This document shows positions 10,473 to 20,011 of a stretch of DNA of 64,000 nucleotides, piece by piece (position 1 is the stretch's first letter; every line of letters starts with the position of its first letter). This DNA comes from Eubacteriales bacterium (GTDB lineage Bacteria > Bacillota > Clostridia > Oscillospirales > CAG-272): the NCBI GenBank assembly GCA_045656765.1, contig JAZORU010000016.1, forward strand, positions 52,411 through 116,410, written 5' to 3'. The position numbers were made by a program, and so were the translations under genes. A model generated the notes under the pieces. It was not told the DNA's origin. It saw only the letters and a program-made list of their open reading frames with translations, and made no database searches.

Positions 10473-11648
10473 ATGAAAAAATCACTGAAACCAATTTTAA
10501 CCGTATTCAGAATTATATTGCCTGCCGTAATACTTGCCCTTGCTGCAAGGGTGTTGAGCCAATGGGCAGCCATCTTTGTGCTTGACGGCTTGGAGCAAGC
10601 AATTATAGGGTGGTGCGTTGCTATACTTTGCACTGTAATAATGTATTATTTTTCTGTCAAATATGCGGTGCTTTTTGATAGCGATATGCGAGAAAAATTT
10701 ATAGATAACCGTGACGGTATAACAAAGGTAAAAGATAAGCTGAAGCTGTTTTTCGATTGTAAATATATCGCTTTTCTGATGGTGATATTGTATGCGGCTT
10801 TAATTCCTGCGCTTTTCTGGCATCTGTTTGGTATGCAGCTTTTAGGAAATACTTTAGCGTTAATATTAGCTCCCGCCATTATAGCTTTGTTTATACTTAT
10901 AGGAATGAAGGCTATTTTCGCTGCGGTAAAATTTTGGGAAGAAAAGGCGTTTTATAACCGTTATTACGAGTTTAACTATACCCTAAAAAACGGCATAGCA
11001 AAGCACATCCTGATATTTTTCTCATATACAGTCGGCGGTGTTCTTTTGATGCTTTTTTTAAACAGGGCGGCATTTGAATTCGTTAATTTGATAGTTAATA
11101 ATTTTTCTGCGTTATTTGGACTTTTCACGCTCTTTTTTCACCTGTTTTTCATCTTTCCGAAGGTTACGAAAAGAATTATGTCGGTGGTCAAGCGCCGTCG
11201 ATTCCTGCAAGAGCTTGATGAGGTATGCAAAAAGAACAACTGCTCTTTGTCTACCGTCAAAAACCCCTACAAGTCGCTTTTGAAGAACGCGGCAGGGGAA
11301 TATAACTTCGAGATCGAGCAAGATGGCAGGATATATGCGTGCAAGCTTCTTTCTGCAAAGCACCGCCTTCGTCCTATGACATTTTTCAAGGACGGAACAG
11401 CTGCGGTGTCAAAAATAGTACGTATAAAACAAACAGAGCTGTGCCGAAAGAATAAATATACAAAATACGGCTTTGAGGCAGAAGGAAAGAAAAAGATAAT
11501 AATAATCAATCCGATACCGAAAAGCTTGTTTGTGTGTGACGTGACAGGAGATTCACCGTTAGATAACGGAGACAAGGTATGGGAATATAGCGTGTATAGC
11601 ATAACTGCATTTATAAACGCCATAGACAGAAATTGTCTCGGAAAATAA
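10473..11648 (+). CDS. hypothetical polytopic membrane protein with a soluble C-terminal domain of about 150 aa
   Basis: 391 aa. About 6 hydrophobic segments in residues 1-230, then a Lys/Arg-rich cytoplasmic domain. RBS AGGTGA 5 nt upstream. Only 14 nt after the ribU stop, with no terminator between them. I recognise no family. Confidence 0.7.
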   Translation: MKKSLKPILTVFRIILPAVILALAARVLSQWAAIFVLDGLEQAIIGWCVAILCTVIMYYFSVKYAVLFDSDMREKFIDNRDGITKVKDKLKLFFDCKYIAFLMVILYAALIPALFWHLFGMQLLGNTLALILAPAIIALFILIGMKAIFAAVKFWEEKAFYNRYYEFNYTLKNGIAKHILIFFSYTVGGVLLMLFLNRAAFEFVNLIVNNFSALFGLFTLFFHLFFIFPKVTKRIMSVVKRRRFLQELDEVCKKNNCSLSTVKNPYKSLLKNAAGEYNFEIEQDGRIYACKLLSAKHRLRPMTFFKDGTAAVSKIVRIKQTELCRKNKYTKYGFEAEGKKKIIIINPIPKSLFVCDVTGDSPLDNGDKVWEYSVYSITAFINAIDRNCLGK

Positions 11649-11651
11649 AAT

Positions 11652-11687
11652 AAAAAAGCGTAGGAATGTTTTTCCTGCGCTTTTTTA
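11652..11687. terminator. bidirectional terminator between convergent genes
   Basis: AAAAAGCGTAGGA-ATGTTTT-TCCTGCGCTTTTTT, with an A-tract on the left and a T-tract on the right. Confidence 0.8.
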
Positions 11688-11696
11688 TGTCATTAG

Positions 11697-13178
11697 TTAA
11701 CGCTCAATTCGCCAATAGGTTTCTGTCAGCTTTTTCAAAATACCCGCAAGCCAGAAATTTATACATTCCTCTTTGACTCTCCAAGTCCAATTTTCGCCGA
11801 GAGTAGAGGGAGTGTTCATTCTTGCACGGTCGTCAAGCCCGAGCAGATCCTGCATCTGCAAAATACACGTATCGGCAGGGCTTGCCATGGCGCATTTGAT
11901 CATGCCCCAGTTATAGCCTTCCTGCTCATTTAAGCGCATATATCTCTTTGCAAAATCCACCTCAGCTTCGCTTGCCTCGCCGTTCAACCATCCAAGGACG
12001 GTCGAGTTATCATGCGTACCCGTGTAAACTACGCAGTTTCTCTCGTAATTGTGCGGCATATACTCGCTTTCCTCGTCAACGGAAAAAGCAAATTCCAGCA
12101 CCTTAATTCCGGGAAAACCGCAAGAGTGAAGCAGTTTTTTCACCGAAGGCGTCATAAAACCGAGGTCCTCTGCAATAATATCGCACTCGCCGCAGTACTT
12201 GCGTATCGCATCAAACAGAGCCTTTCCGGGCCCCTTTACCCATTTGCCGTTGCGGGCGGTCTTCTCTGAAGCCGGAATCTCGTAATACTCGGCAAAGCCT
12301 CTGAAATGGTCTATTCGCACGATATCGAAGCTCTCACACATTTTTTTCATGCGTCGGCAAAACCAATCGTACCCTGTCTCTTTCATCAGCTTCCAGTTGT
12401 ATATGGGATTGCCCCATCTTTGACCGTCCTCAGAAAAAGCATCGGGCGGACAGCCTGCAACGTGTGTGGGGGAAAGCTCCGCATCAAGCTTAAAGAGCTG
12501 CGGATTTGCCCAAACGTCAGCACTGTCGAGCGCTGTGTATATCGGCATATCTCCGATAATACGGACATCCTTGTCGTTTGCGTATTTTTTAAGAGCCGCC
12601 CATTGACAAGAGAATAGGTACTGTTGCATTTTGTATAGCTCAATAGCTTCTTTGTGACTGTCACAGAACTCTTTGAGAGCGTGTGCCTCTCTCGTTTTAT
12701 ATTCACTTTGCCACTCGGTCCACGCACGTCCACCGTGTGCGTCCTTAAGTGCCATAAACAGAGCGTAATCACAAAGCCACTCGGCATTTTGCTTGCAAAA
12801 GCCGATATAGTCCACGTCATTTGTGTCAAAGCGCGTATATACTGCCGCCATTACGTTACGGCGGTTTTTATATACCCAGGCGTAGTCTACTGCCTCGTAA
12901 TTTTCTCTGTATTCGCACTCTTTAAGCTCTGTTTCGGTGAGAAGCCCCTGACTGTGCAAGATTTCAAGGTCGATAAAATACGGATTTCCCGCAAAAACAG
13001 AAAAGGATTGGTATGGTGAGTCACCAAATGAGGTGGGGTTTGTCGGCAGTACCTGCCAAAGAGACTGCCCGGCCTCGTATAAAAAATCAACAAATTTAAA
13101 TGCAGGCATCCCGAGTGAGCCTATTCCGTATTGGGAGGGCAGGGATGATATATGCATAAGGATTCCGTTTCTTCTCAT
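11697..13178 (-). CDS. malQ: 4-alpha-glucanotransferase (amylomaltase, GH77)
   Basis: MRRNGILMHISSLPSQYGIGSLG..., later RIDHFRGF and TGTHDN motifs. ATG at 13178 (GGAG upstream) is preferred over the TTG at 13208 used by the ORF track. Confidence 0.9.
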   Translation of the reverse strand: MRRNGILMHISSLPSQYGIGSLGMPAFKFVDFLYEAGQSLWQVLPTNPTSFGDSPYQSFSVFAGNPYFIDLEILHSQGLLTETELKECEYRENYEAVDYAWVYKNRRNVMAAVYTRFDTNDVDYIGFCKQNAEWLCDYALFMALKDAHGGRAWTEWQSEYKTREAHALKEFCDSHKEAIELYKMQQYLFSCQWAALKKYANDKDVRIIGDMPIYTALDSADVWANPQLFKLDAELSPTHVAGCPPDAFSEDGQRWGNPIYNWKLMKETGYDWFCRRMKKMCESFDIVRIDHFRGFAEYYEIPASEKTARNGKWVKGPGKALFDAIRKYCGECDIIAEDLGFMTPSVKKLLHSCGFPGIKVLEFAFSVDEESEYMPHNYERNCVVYTGTHDNSTVLGWLNGEASEAEVDFAKRYMRLNEQEGYNWGMIKCAMASPADTCILQMQDLLGLDDRARMNTPSTLGENWTWRVKEECINFWLAGILKKLTETYWRIER

Positions 13179-13257
13179 AGTCTTTTGCTCCGGTAAAATA
13201 ACTAACAAAGATATAATACCATTTTCTTTGTCAATTTACAATAGGAAAATGATATTT

Positions 13258-14118
13258 TTAGCCCTTTACCGCCCCTGCAACTATTCCCTTAACTATGCTT
13301 TTTTGGCATATAAGGTAAAAAATGATAATCGGAATAATGCTTATGATGACCATACTCATCATTGCACCGATGTCTTTAAGTCCGTAGCCTGCATTAAGAT
13401 ACTGTACCTGTATAGGTATAGTTCTGTATTTGTTTAGGTCGAGTACGCGGTATGGAAGCAGATAGTCGTTCCATATCCACATAAGTTCAAGTATGCTTAC
13501 GCTGACGACTGTCGGCTTCATTATCGGAAGCACGACCGAGAAAAAGGTACGCACGGGACTGCAGCCGTCTATCGTCGCCGCTTCTTCTATTTCAAGCGGT
13601 ATGCTCTTTATAAAGCCGGAGAACATAAATACCGCAAGCCCCGCGCCGAATCCGAGATATATTACGATAATTCCTACGGGATTACCAAGCCCGAGCATAT
13701 TTGAAAGCTGAGGCAGAGTAAACATAACCGTCTGGAAGGGAACAACCATAGAAATTACGCACAAAAGGTAGAACGCACGGCTGATTCGTCCCCCGCTTCT
13801 CGTTATATACCACGCACACATTGAGGTAAAGAGAAGTATCGCGGCGGTCGAGAGCACCGTTATAAAGAGAGAGTATAGCACCGCCTGATAAAAAGGGTAG
13901 TTACCGCGTGTCATTCCGTTTATATAGTTCTCCCACCCGACGAAATTTTCAGAGGTCGGAAGTGTAAACGGGGAAGAGGATATATCCCCCCTTGCCTTGA
14001 ATGAATTGATTAAAACTATCACTATCGGCAGTACGTATACGACGGATACGATAGAGAAAAATACGGTAAGAGCAGTTGATGCGTGCTTTCTTGCTCCGGG
14101 CTTTCTTGCTTCCTTCAT
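13258..14118 (-). CDS. carbohydrate ABC transporter permease (MalG-like)
   Basis: 286 aa, 6 TM segments, EAA-loop motif IEEAATIDGCSPVRTFFSVVLP. Confidence 0.9.
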   Translation of the reverse strand: MKEARKPGARKHASTALTVFFSIVSVVYVLPIVIVLINSFKARGDISSSPFTLPTSENFVGWENYINGMTRGNYPFYQAVLYSLFITVLSTAAILLFTSMCAWYITRSGGRISRAFYLLCVISMVVPFQTVMFTLPQLSNMLGLGNPVGIIVIYLGFGAGLAVFMFSGFIKSIPLEIEEAATIDGCSPVRTFFSVVLPIMKPTVVSVSILELMWIWNDYLLPYRVLDLNKYRTIPIQVQYLNAGYGLKDIGAMMSMVIISIIPIIIFYLICQKSIVKGIVAGAVKG

Positions 14119-15041
14119 TGCTGTATTTCCCCCTTTCTCGTAAGCGAGAGCTGAACGAGTGATATAACTACAACTATCAAGAAAAATATAATACTTTTCG
14201 CCTGTGCTACTCCGTTTGCCGAAAGGTACGTCTCGCTGAATTGGTCAACGATATTTCGTGCAATAGTTGCAGCCGTTTGCACGCTCTCTCCGTTATCAAG
14301 TACAACGCTTGGGCTTGACGAGGTAATAAGCGCGGCATTTTGGTCGTATAGCTTAAAGGAGTTTGTAAGAGTGAGGAAGGTGCAAATGGTAATAGACGGT
14401 CGCACTATCGGTATAGTTACGCGGAATAAGGTCTTAGCAGGCGAGGCACCGTCGATTTTTGCCGCTTCAATAAGCGACTCGGGCACGCTTTGAAGGCCTG
14501 CTATATAAATAATCATCATATAGCCTATCTGTTGCCAGCATGTCAGGACAACGAGCCCCCAGAAAGCGTTTTGCGTACTTGAGGTTACGTTCATGCCGTA
14601 GTTTTGAAGTATGCCGTTGAGGATTATCTGCCATATAAATCCAAGAACTATGCCTCCTATAAGGTTTGGCATAAAAAATACCGTGCGGAATATATTCTTT
14701 CCGCGCAGAGAACGCGTGAGCGCATACGCAACGGCAAAGGCAATTACGTTTATCAAAACGACACTTACCACGGTAAAGAGAGCGCTAAAGCCAAACGAGT
14801 ACCAAAACTGCCGGTCTCTGAGTGCCCTCACATAGTTTTCGAGCCCCACAAAAGAAAGACGCTTTACCGTGCGGAACTCAAAAAAAGACAGATATACGCC
14901 CCACAAAAAAGGCGCAAGGAAGCCTATGCAAAAGGCGATAGCCGTAGGCCAGAAAAATATCGGTGCGTATTTTCGAAGGTGAAAAATCTTTCTCTTTTTT
15001 CTCGGCGGGGTAATTGCGATGTTTGTATATTGAGTGTTCAT
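14115..15041 (-). CDS. carbohydrate ABC transporter permease (MalF-like)
   Basis: 308 aa, EAA loop LIEAAKIDGASPAKTLFRVTIP. 4-nt overlap with the downstream permease. Confidence 0.9.
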   Translation of the reverse strand: MNTQYTNIAITPPRKKRKIFHLRKYAPIFFWPTAIAFCIGFLAPFLWGVYLSFFEFRTVKRLSFVGLENYVRALRDRQFWYSFGFSALFTVVSVVLINVIAFAVAYALTRSLRGKNIFRTVFFMPNLIGGIVLGFIWQIILNGILQNYGMNVTSSTQNAFWGLVVLTCWQQIGYMMIIYIAGLQSVPESLIEAAKIDGASPAKTLFRVTIPIVRPSITICTFLTLTNSFKLYDQNAALITSSSPSVVLDNGESVQTAATIARNIVDQFSETYLSANGVAQAKSIIFFLIVVVISLVQLSLTRKGEIQQ

Positions 15042-15057
15042 TGTGACCGTTTTCTTT

Positions 15058-16374
15058 TTATTTGTTTATTTTATCGTATTCCGACTTCCAGCCGTTTATA
15101 AATGCCGTTTTTACGTTGTCCCAGCTACCGCGTCCCTCCGCGTAAGCCGTGAGCGCCGCCGCCACACCGTTTTTCCAGGTCTCTGACGGAATAGATGAGA
15201 AATACCACGCAACAGGCGTCTTGCCTTCCTTTATATATCTGTCAGCATCAGCTACAAGCACGTTTGATGATGCTTTCGCTTTTTTGAAGGGCGCAACGAA
15301 TCCCATGTCCTCTGCCAGAGCCTTCGTGCCTTCCTCACTTGTTACAAGCCAGTAAAGGAAATCGAGCGTAGCCTTTCTGTCGATTTCGGATGCCTCGCGG
15401 TTAACGCACCAGTAGTTCTCAGAGCCCGTGCAGAGTGCCTGGTTTTCCTCACCGTTTGCGCCAATATAAATAGGAAGCATACCTATCTCGTCGGATGCAA
15501 GCTTGCCGTTGCCGGTTACGTCACCTGCCGCCCAGGTTCCGTTTTGGTAGAACACGGCACGGCGTGATGAAAACTCAGCCACCGCATCATCTCCCGTCTT
15601 TGTTGCTATCTGATTGGGGGCGCAGGTCGCGTTGTTTATATAAAGGTCCCATACGGCGCGGTAATTATCAAGATATCTTCCTTCGATTGCTCCCGTCGTT
15701 GCAATACCTCTGTCCTTGTATTCGTAGTATATCGGTAGGTTTGCAAGATGAGTCTTGAATCTCCAGTCGGACGATCCATCCATTCCCGCGGAGGTGAAAG
15801 CACCGTCAACACCGAGCGCCGCTTTGTTTGCCTGGATTTCGGTAGCTACCGTCTGAAGTGCCTTAAAGCTGTTTATATCCTCTATCTTTTTAACGGTCGA
15901 AAAGTCGGATGCGAAGTATTTATTGAGCAGGCTCTTGTTGTAGATAATTCCGTACGTTTCGATAACGTATGCTATGCCGAGAACCTTGCCGTCTTCCTTG
16001 AGAGCAAATTCCTCACTCGTCAGTTCCTTGTATACGGCACTGTCCGAGAGGTCAAGGCAGTAGTCTTTCCAGTTTGACAGACCCACGGGACCGTTTACCT
16101 GGAAGAGCGTTGGTGCGTTTTGCTTGGTTATTTCGCTTGTGAGTGTGGACTCGTACTCACCCGAAGCAGCAGTGAGTACCGTCACAGGTACCCCCGTTTT
16201 CTCGGTGTAGGTCTTCGCTATCGCTTGCCACGCGCTGTCCTGCTCGGGCTTGAAATTAAGATAGTACACCTTGCCCGTTTCGCCGTCGCCCGTGTTTTTC
16301 ATACAAGACGTTAATGCAGTCGCGCTCAAGAGCATGCTTAGTGCAAGTATAAGGGTTAAAATTCGTTTTTTCAT
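15058..16374 (-). CDS. carbohydrate ABC transporter substrate-binding lipoprotein
   Basis: Lipoprotein signal MKKRILTLILALSMLLSATALTSC. 438 aa, family-1 SBP size. First gene of an SBP-permease-permease-malQ operon. RBS AGGAGA. Confidence 0.88.
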   Translation of the reverse strand: MKKRILTLILALSMLLSATALTSCMKNTGDGETGKVYYLNFKPEQDSAWQAIAKTYTEKTGVPVTVLTAASGEYESTLTSEITKQNAPTLFQVNGPVGLSNWKDYCLDLSDSAVYKELTSEEFALKEDGKVLGIAYVIETYGIIYNKSLLNKYFASDFSTVKKIEDINSFKALQTVATEIQANKAALGVDGAFTSAGMDGSSDWRFKTHLANLPIYYEYKDRGIATTGAIEGRYLDNYRAVWDLYINNATCAPNQIATKTGDDAVAEFSSRRAVFYQNGTWAAGDVTGNGKLASDEIGMLPIYIGANGEENQALCTGSENYWCVNREASEIDRKATLDFLYWLVTSEEGTKALAEDMGFVAPFKKAKASSNVLVADADRYIKEGKTPVAWYFSSIPSETWKNGVAAALTAYAEGRGSWDNVKTAFINGWKSEYDKINK

Positions 16375-16625
16375 AATTTTCTCCTATAGAGTTTTTTGAT
16401 ATTCCATTTTTTATTATGTACAAAAAAACTCGGTTTAATAAAGGCAAAATAAAAAACCTTCCCTCGTTTTATACACGCAGTTGTAAAATTCGGCAAAGTT
16501 TTATTAGAGGTTATTTTATTTTACGTTTGCAAAGCGAAATTTTCCACAATTGTATTGTTGAAAATGTTAGAAACTACGACCTCGTTTTCGGCTTTAGTAC
16601 TTGGACAAGCATATTTTGTAAAAAC

Positions 16626-16649
16626 AAATGTTAAAATCTTTTAACATTT
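16626..16649. repeat. perfect 24-bp inverted repeat (candidate operator) upstream of the maltodextrin operon
   Basis: AAATGTTAAAA-TC-TTTTAACATTT read directly. A third 10/11 copy, AAATGTTAGAA, lies at 16562-16572. Confidence 0.6.
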
Positions 16650-16749
16650 CAAGATTATGGAACGCATGCAATTTTGTAGTAAAAAGCGATAAATTTACAG
16701 AACAAAAAAGACAAAACGGCTATTCTCCATTTTTTATTTCCTATAATAT

Positions 16750-16785
16750 AATAAAAAAGGATTTCTTGCGAAATCCTTTTTCTAT
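16750..16785 (-). terminator. intrinsic terminator after htrA
   Basis: On the minus strand: AAAAAGGATTTC-GCAA-GAAATCCTTTTT followed by TATTAT; starts 6 nt after the stop codon. Confidence 0.85.
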
Positions 16786-16790
16786 ATTTT

Positions 16791-18236
16791 TTATTCTGTT
16801 ACGCCTTCAGGGACCTGCTCAAAGCAGGTGAGGGTAACGGTTACGACCGTTTCCTTTTCGTTTACCACTCTGGCTACGGTTGCTTCTATCTTATCGCCTA
16901 TACTGTGTTTTGCGAGAATGTCCTTTATATCGGTGCCCGTGCTTATAGTTACACCGTCGATAGTTACGAATCTATCACCCTTTTGAAGCTCGGTGTTCTT
17001 TCCGGGATCGTTTACGTATACGCCCGCTTTTATAGTGTAGGTCTGCCAGCCCTTGTTGTAGGTGTAGTCCTTCTCGTAATAATCGACAGAAATACCAAGC
17101 ACTATCCTTCCGCGCACGTATCCGTGCTCGATAAGGTCAGCGGAAATGCTCTGCGCGTGGTTTATCGGTATCGCAAATCCGAGTCCCTCTATTGTCGCAC
17201 CGGATGAGGATGAGGATGACTTTGCGTTCACTATGCCGATAAGGTGACCTTGCATATTAAATAGCCCGCCGCCAGAGTTTCCGGGGTTTACAGCGGCATT
17301 AGTCTGAAGAAGAAGCATTTCGTTTCCGTCAATCGTTATCTGACGGTTAAGTGCGCTTATGATTCCGTTCGTAACAGTACCGCCAAGCGATCCGAGCGGA
17401 TTTCCTATTGCAATTACCTCTTCGCCGAGCTTGAGATCGTCACTGTTTCCAAAAACAGCACACTTAAGGTCGGTCGCCTCTATTTTAATAACGCCTATGT
17501 CTGATTCAGAGTCAGTACCTACCATCTTTGCTTCGTACTCTGTGCCGTCGGTCGTTCTGACGTAGATAGAGTTTGCACCCTCTATTACGTGGTTGTTCGT
17601 AATAATATATCCGTCAGAGCTTATAATAACACCCGAGCCGGCACCGCTTGTTACGTATTTGCCGTAAAACTGTGATTCTTGTATATTTTCGGTGACTATC
17701 TCAACTACTGTGTCGCGCACGCTTGCGATAACGTCGGTCATTGTGGTGCCTTCTGTCACAGAGCTTTCAACCTTGTTGATGGTTACGGGTGCTCTGTTCG
17801 GATTTTGCGTACTCTGATGTGTACCTTGCGCGCCGTCAGTGTATATAAGATACTTGTTTGCAAGAATAGCTCCGCCTATACCTGCACCGCCTGCGAATAT
17901 AACGCATACCAAAATGAGCGCAATGACACCGAGAGCCCCTTTACCTTTATTTTTCTTTTTTTGCTTGGGCTCGGTTGGGTAGGGAGTGCCGTAAGGGAAG
18001 GGCGGGTAGGCATAAGGATTATAATAAGCATAGGGATTAAAATTCGGGTTGCCGTTTGGGGTTGTGTGGCTTTGGCTCGGTTGCTTGCCCGCTTCTTCTG
18101 CCGTCTGCTCGCACTCAGGAGCGGAGGTTGCTTGCTCTGCCTCTTTCATAGGTGTTTGTTGGGCTTCGTTTGTGTTTTCGTGTTCTGTGCTTGTTTCGTT
18201 TATTTCATTTATTTCGTTTAAGTTTTCCTCTGACAT
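16791..18236 (-). CDS. htrA: HtrA/DegP-family serine protease (S1C) with a TM anchor and C-terminal PDZ domain
   Basis: Catalytic motifs TNNHVI, DIGVIKI and GNSGGGLFN. One TM segment (ALGVIALILVCVIFAGGAGIGGAIL). N-terminal Asn/Pro/Tyr-rich segment. RBS AAGGGGA. Confidence 0.92.
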   Translation of the reverse strand: MSEENLNEINEINETSTEHENTNEAQQTPMKEAEQATSAPECEQTAEEAGKQPSQSHTTPNGNPNFNPYAYYNPYAYPPFPYGTPYPTEPKQKKKNKGKGALGVIALILVCVIFAGGAGIGGAILANKYLIYTDGAQGTHQSTQNPNRAPVTINKVESSVTEGTTMTDVIASVRDTVVEIVTENIQESQFYGKYVTSGAGSGVIISSDGYIITNNHVIEGANSIYVRTTDGTEYEAKMVGTDSESDIGVIKIEATDLKCAVFGNSDDLKLGEEVIAIGNPLGSLGGTVTNGIISALNRQITIDGNEMLLLQTNAAVNPGNSGGGLFNMQGHLIGIVNAKSSSSSSGATIEGLGFAIPINHAQSISADLIEHGYVRGRIVLGISVDYYEKDYTYNKGWQTYTIKAGVYVNDPGKNTELQKGDRFVTIDGVTISTGTDIKDILAKHSIGDKIEATVARVVNEKETVVTVTLTCFEQVPEGVTE

Positions 18237-18324
18237 ATATAATTCCCCTTTCGAATTACGTCTCTAATAGTATATCCGTAAATTGTGACGATTTTTTGTT
18301 TATTTTAGGGCTATTATGTAAATA

Positions 18325-18741
18325 CTACCTGTTTTTTTGAGAATCAAGATAATTTTGCAAAATTATCTGTGCACTGAGCGTGTCTATGACCTGCTTGCGC
18401 TTTTTGCTTTTTATATCGGTTATCGAAAGCATCCTGTGCGCCTGCATGGTAGAGAGCCGCTCGTCGTACAGTATTATCTCGCACTCGGTAAGGGTGGACA
18501 GAATTTCTGCGAACGCGCGCACCGTCTCGGCGCGCCAGCCCTCGCTTCCGTCCATGTTTTTCGGGAGCCCCACAACTATCCTTGAGCATCCGTTCTCAGC
18601 CGCCGCCTTTGCCACAGCCTCCGCCGTGCTTTTCATACCGCCGGGTGAGATATACCCTATGCCCGAGGCTAAAAAGCCCGTCTCATCCGAGCGAGCAAGC
18701 CCCGTTCTTTTGTCTCCGTAATCTACTCCGAGAATCTTCAT
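18325..18741 (-). CDS. ruvX: Holliday junction resolvase-like / pre-16S rRNA nuclease RuvX (YqgF)
   Basis: MKILGVDYGDKRTGLARSDETG...; 138 aa. Confidence 0.92.
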   Translation of the reverse strand: MKILGVDYGDKRTGLARSDETGFLASGIGYISPGGMKSTAEAVAKAAAENGCSRIVVGLPKNMDGSEGWRAETVRAFAEILSTLTECEIILYDERLSTMQAHRMLSITDIKSKKRKQVIDTLSAQIILQNYLDSQKNR

Positions 18742-18823
18742 ACAAGTTTTACCTTTTTGTGTTTGATTTTTGCTTTTTGCTTTTGCAAAAAGCTTCCTTC
18801 ATTTTTCATTATTCATTCTTCAC

Positions 18824-19927
18824 TTATACAATAAGCATCGCGTCACCAAAGGAGAAGAAGCGATATTTCTCATCTACCGCAGTCCTGTACGCATCCATTA
18901 TATAATCCTTGCCTGCAAAAGCGCTAACAAGCATTAAAAGCGAGGATTCGGGCAGGTGAAAGTTCGTGATCAAAGCATCGGTTGCCTTGAATTTATACCC
19001 CGGATATATAAAGATTTTCGTCTGTGTGCTGACGGGGTGAATTATGCCCTCGTCGTCTGCCGCCGATTCTATTGTGCGGCAGGAAGTAGTGCCGACGCAT
19101 ATAAGTCTGCCGCCACGCGCACGTCTTTCGTTTATGATTTTTGCCGCCTCCTCGGTGACGGTTATCGTCTCCGCGTGCATTACGTGATCTTTTATTTTGT
19201 CCGCTTTTACTGGGCGGAAGGTGCCAAGACCTACGTGAAGCATAACGGGAACGACGGCGGTCCCCTGTGCTTTTATCCTGTCAAGCAGCTCGTGCGTGAA
19301 ATGAAGCCCTGCCGTAGGTGCGGCGGCGCTCCCGCGCTCGTTTGCGTATACGGTCTGGTAACGCTCGTTCGGTGTGTCGGTTTCATGTATATAAGGGGGA
19401 AGGGGCATAGCACCTATCTTGTCGAGCAGGGCGAAAAATTCCTCGTCTGCACTATACTCAAAGTGAACTATTCTGTTTCCTTCCTCAACTATATCAACTA
19501 CCTCGGCTTTAAGCTCACCGTTGCCGAACTCAAATCTCTTTCCTATCTTCGCGCGTTTTCCGGGACGGCTGAGGCATTCCCAGGTGTCAGGTGCATCGCA
19601 CTGCTTTAAAAGCAGAAGCTCTATCTCACGCTCGTCGCCTTCCATGTGCCCGATAAGGCGGGCGGGAATTACCTTCGAGTCGTTTATAACGAGCACGTCC
19701 TCAGGGCGTATATACTCGCATATATCGGAAAAATGTCTGTGCTCGAGCGTTTTTGCGGCTTTATCAAGACACATGAGTCTTGACCCATCGCGGTGAGCGG
19801 CAGGGTGCTGGGCTATGAGCTCTTCGGGCAGGTCGTAGAAAAAATCGCTTGTTTCGAGTTCTGTGTCGGTTCTTTTGTTTTCTATCATTTTTACTTTCTC
19901 TTTCGTCAGTTCGTGACACTCTGTCAT
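18824..19927 (-). CDS. queA: S-adenosylmethionine:tRNA ribosyltransferase-isomerase
   Basis: FFYDLPEELIAQHPA..RDGSRLM and C-terminal YRFFSFGDAMLI. The start may be ATG 19927 or the internal ATG 19888. Confidence 0.92.
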   Translation of the reverse strand: MTECHELTKEKVKMIENKRTDTELETSDFFYDLPEELIAQHPAAHRDGSRLMCLDKAAKTLEHRHFSDICEYIRPEDVLVINDSKVIPARLIGHMEGDEREIELLLLKQCDAPDTWECLSRPGKRAKIGKRFEFGNGELKAEVVDIVEEGNRIVHFEYSADEEFFALLDKIGAMPLPPYIHETDTPNERYQTVYANERGSAAAPTAGLHFTHELLDRIKAQGTAVVPVMLHVGLGTFRPVKADKIKDHVMHAETITVTEEAAKIINERRARGGRLICVGTTSCRTIESAADDEGIIHPVSTQTKIFIYPGYKFKATDALITNFHLPESSLLMLVSAFAGKDYIMDAYRTAVDEKYRFFSFGDAMLIV

Positions 19928-20011
19928 ATACTGAAAGTATAATTATCCTTTTAATTATATCTCATATTACGGGATATTTCAAGAGATTTTACTGTATGGG
20001 AGGAGTTTTTT

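Noticed and set aside
16416-16831. Two small plus-strand ORFs (72 and 67 aa) in the 415-bp gap between htrA and the mal operon
   Set aside because: They lie in AT-rich sequence with no RBS, have a Lys/Phe/Asn/Ile-dominated composition, and the second runs through the htrA terminator into htrA antisense.
18771-18792. 9-bp hairpin GCTTTTTGC-TTTT-GCAAAAAGC between queA and ruvX
   Set aside because: No U-tract follows on the coding (minus) strand, so it is not a convincing terminator. It is a low-information A/T-rich stem, noted only as a possible weak pause or processing site.
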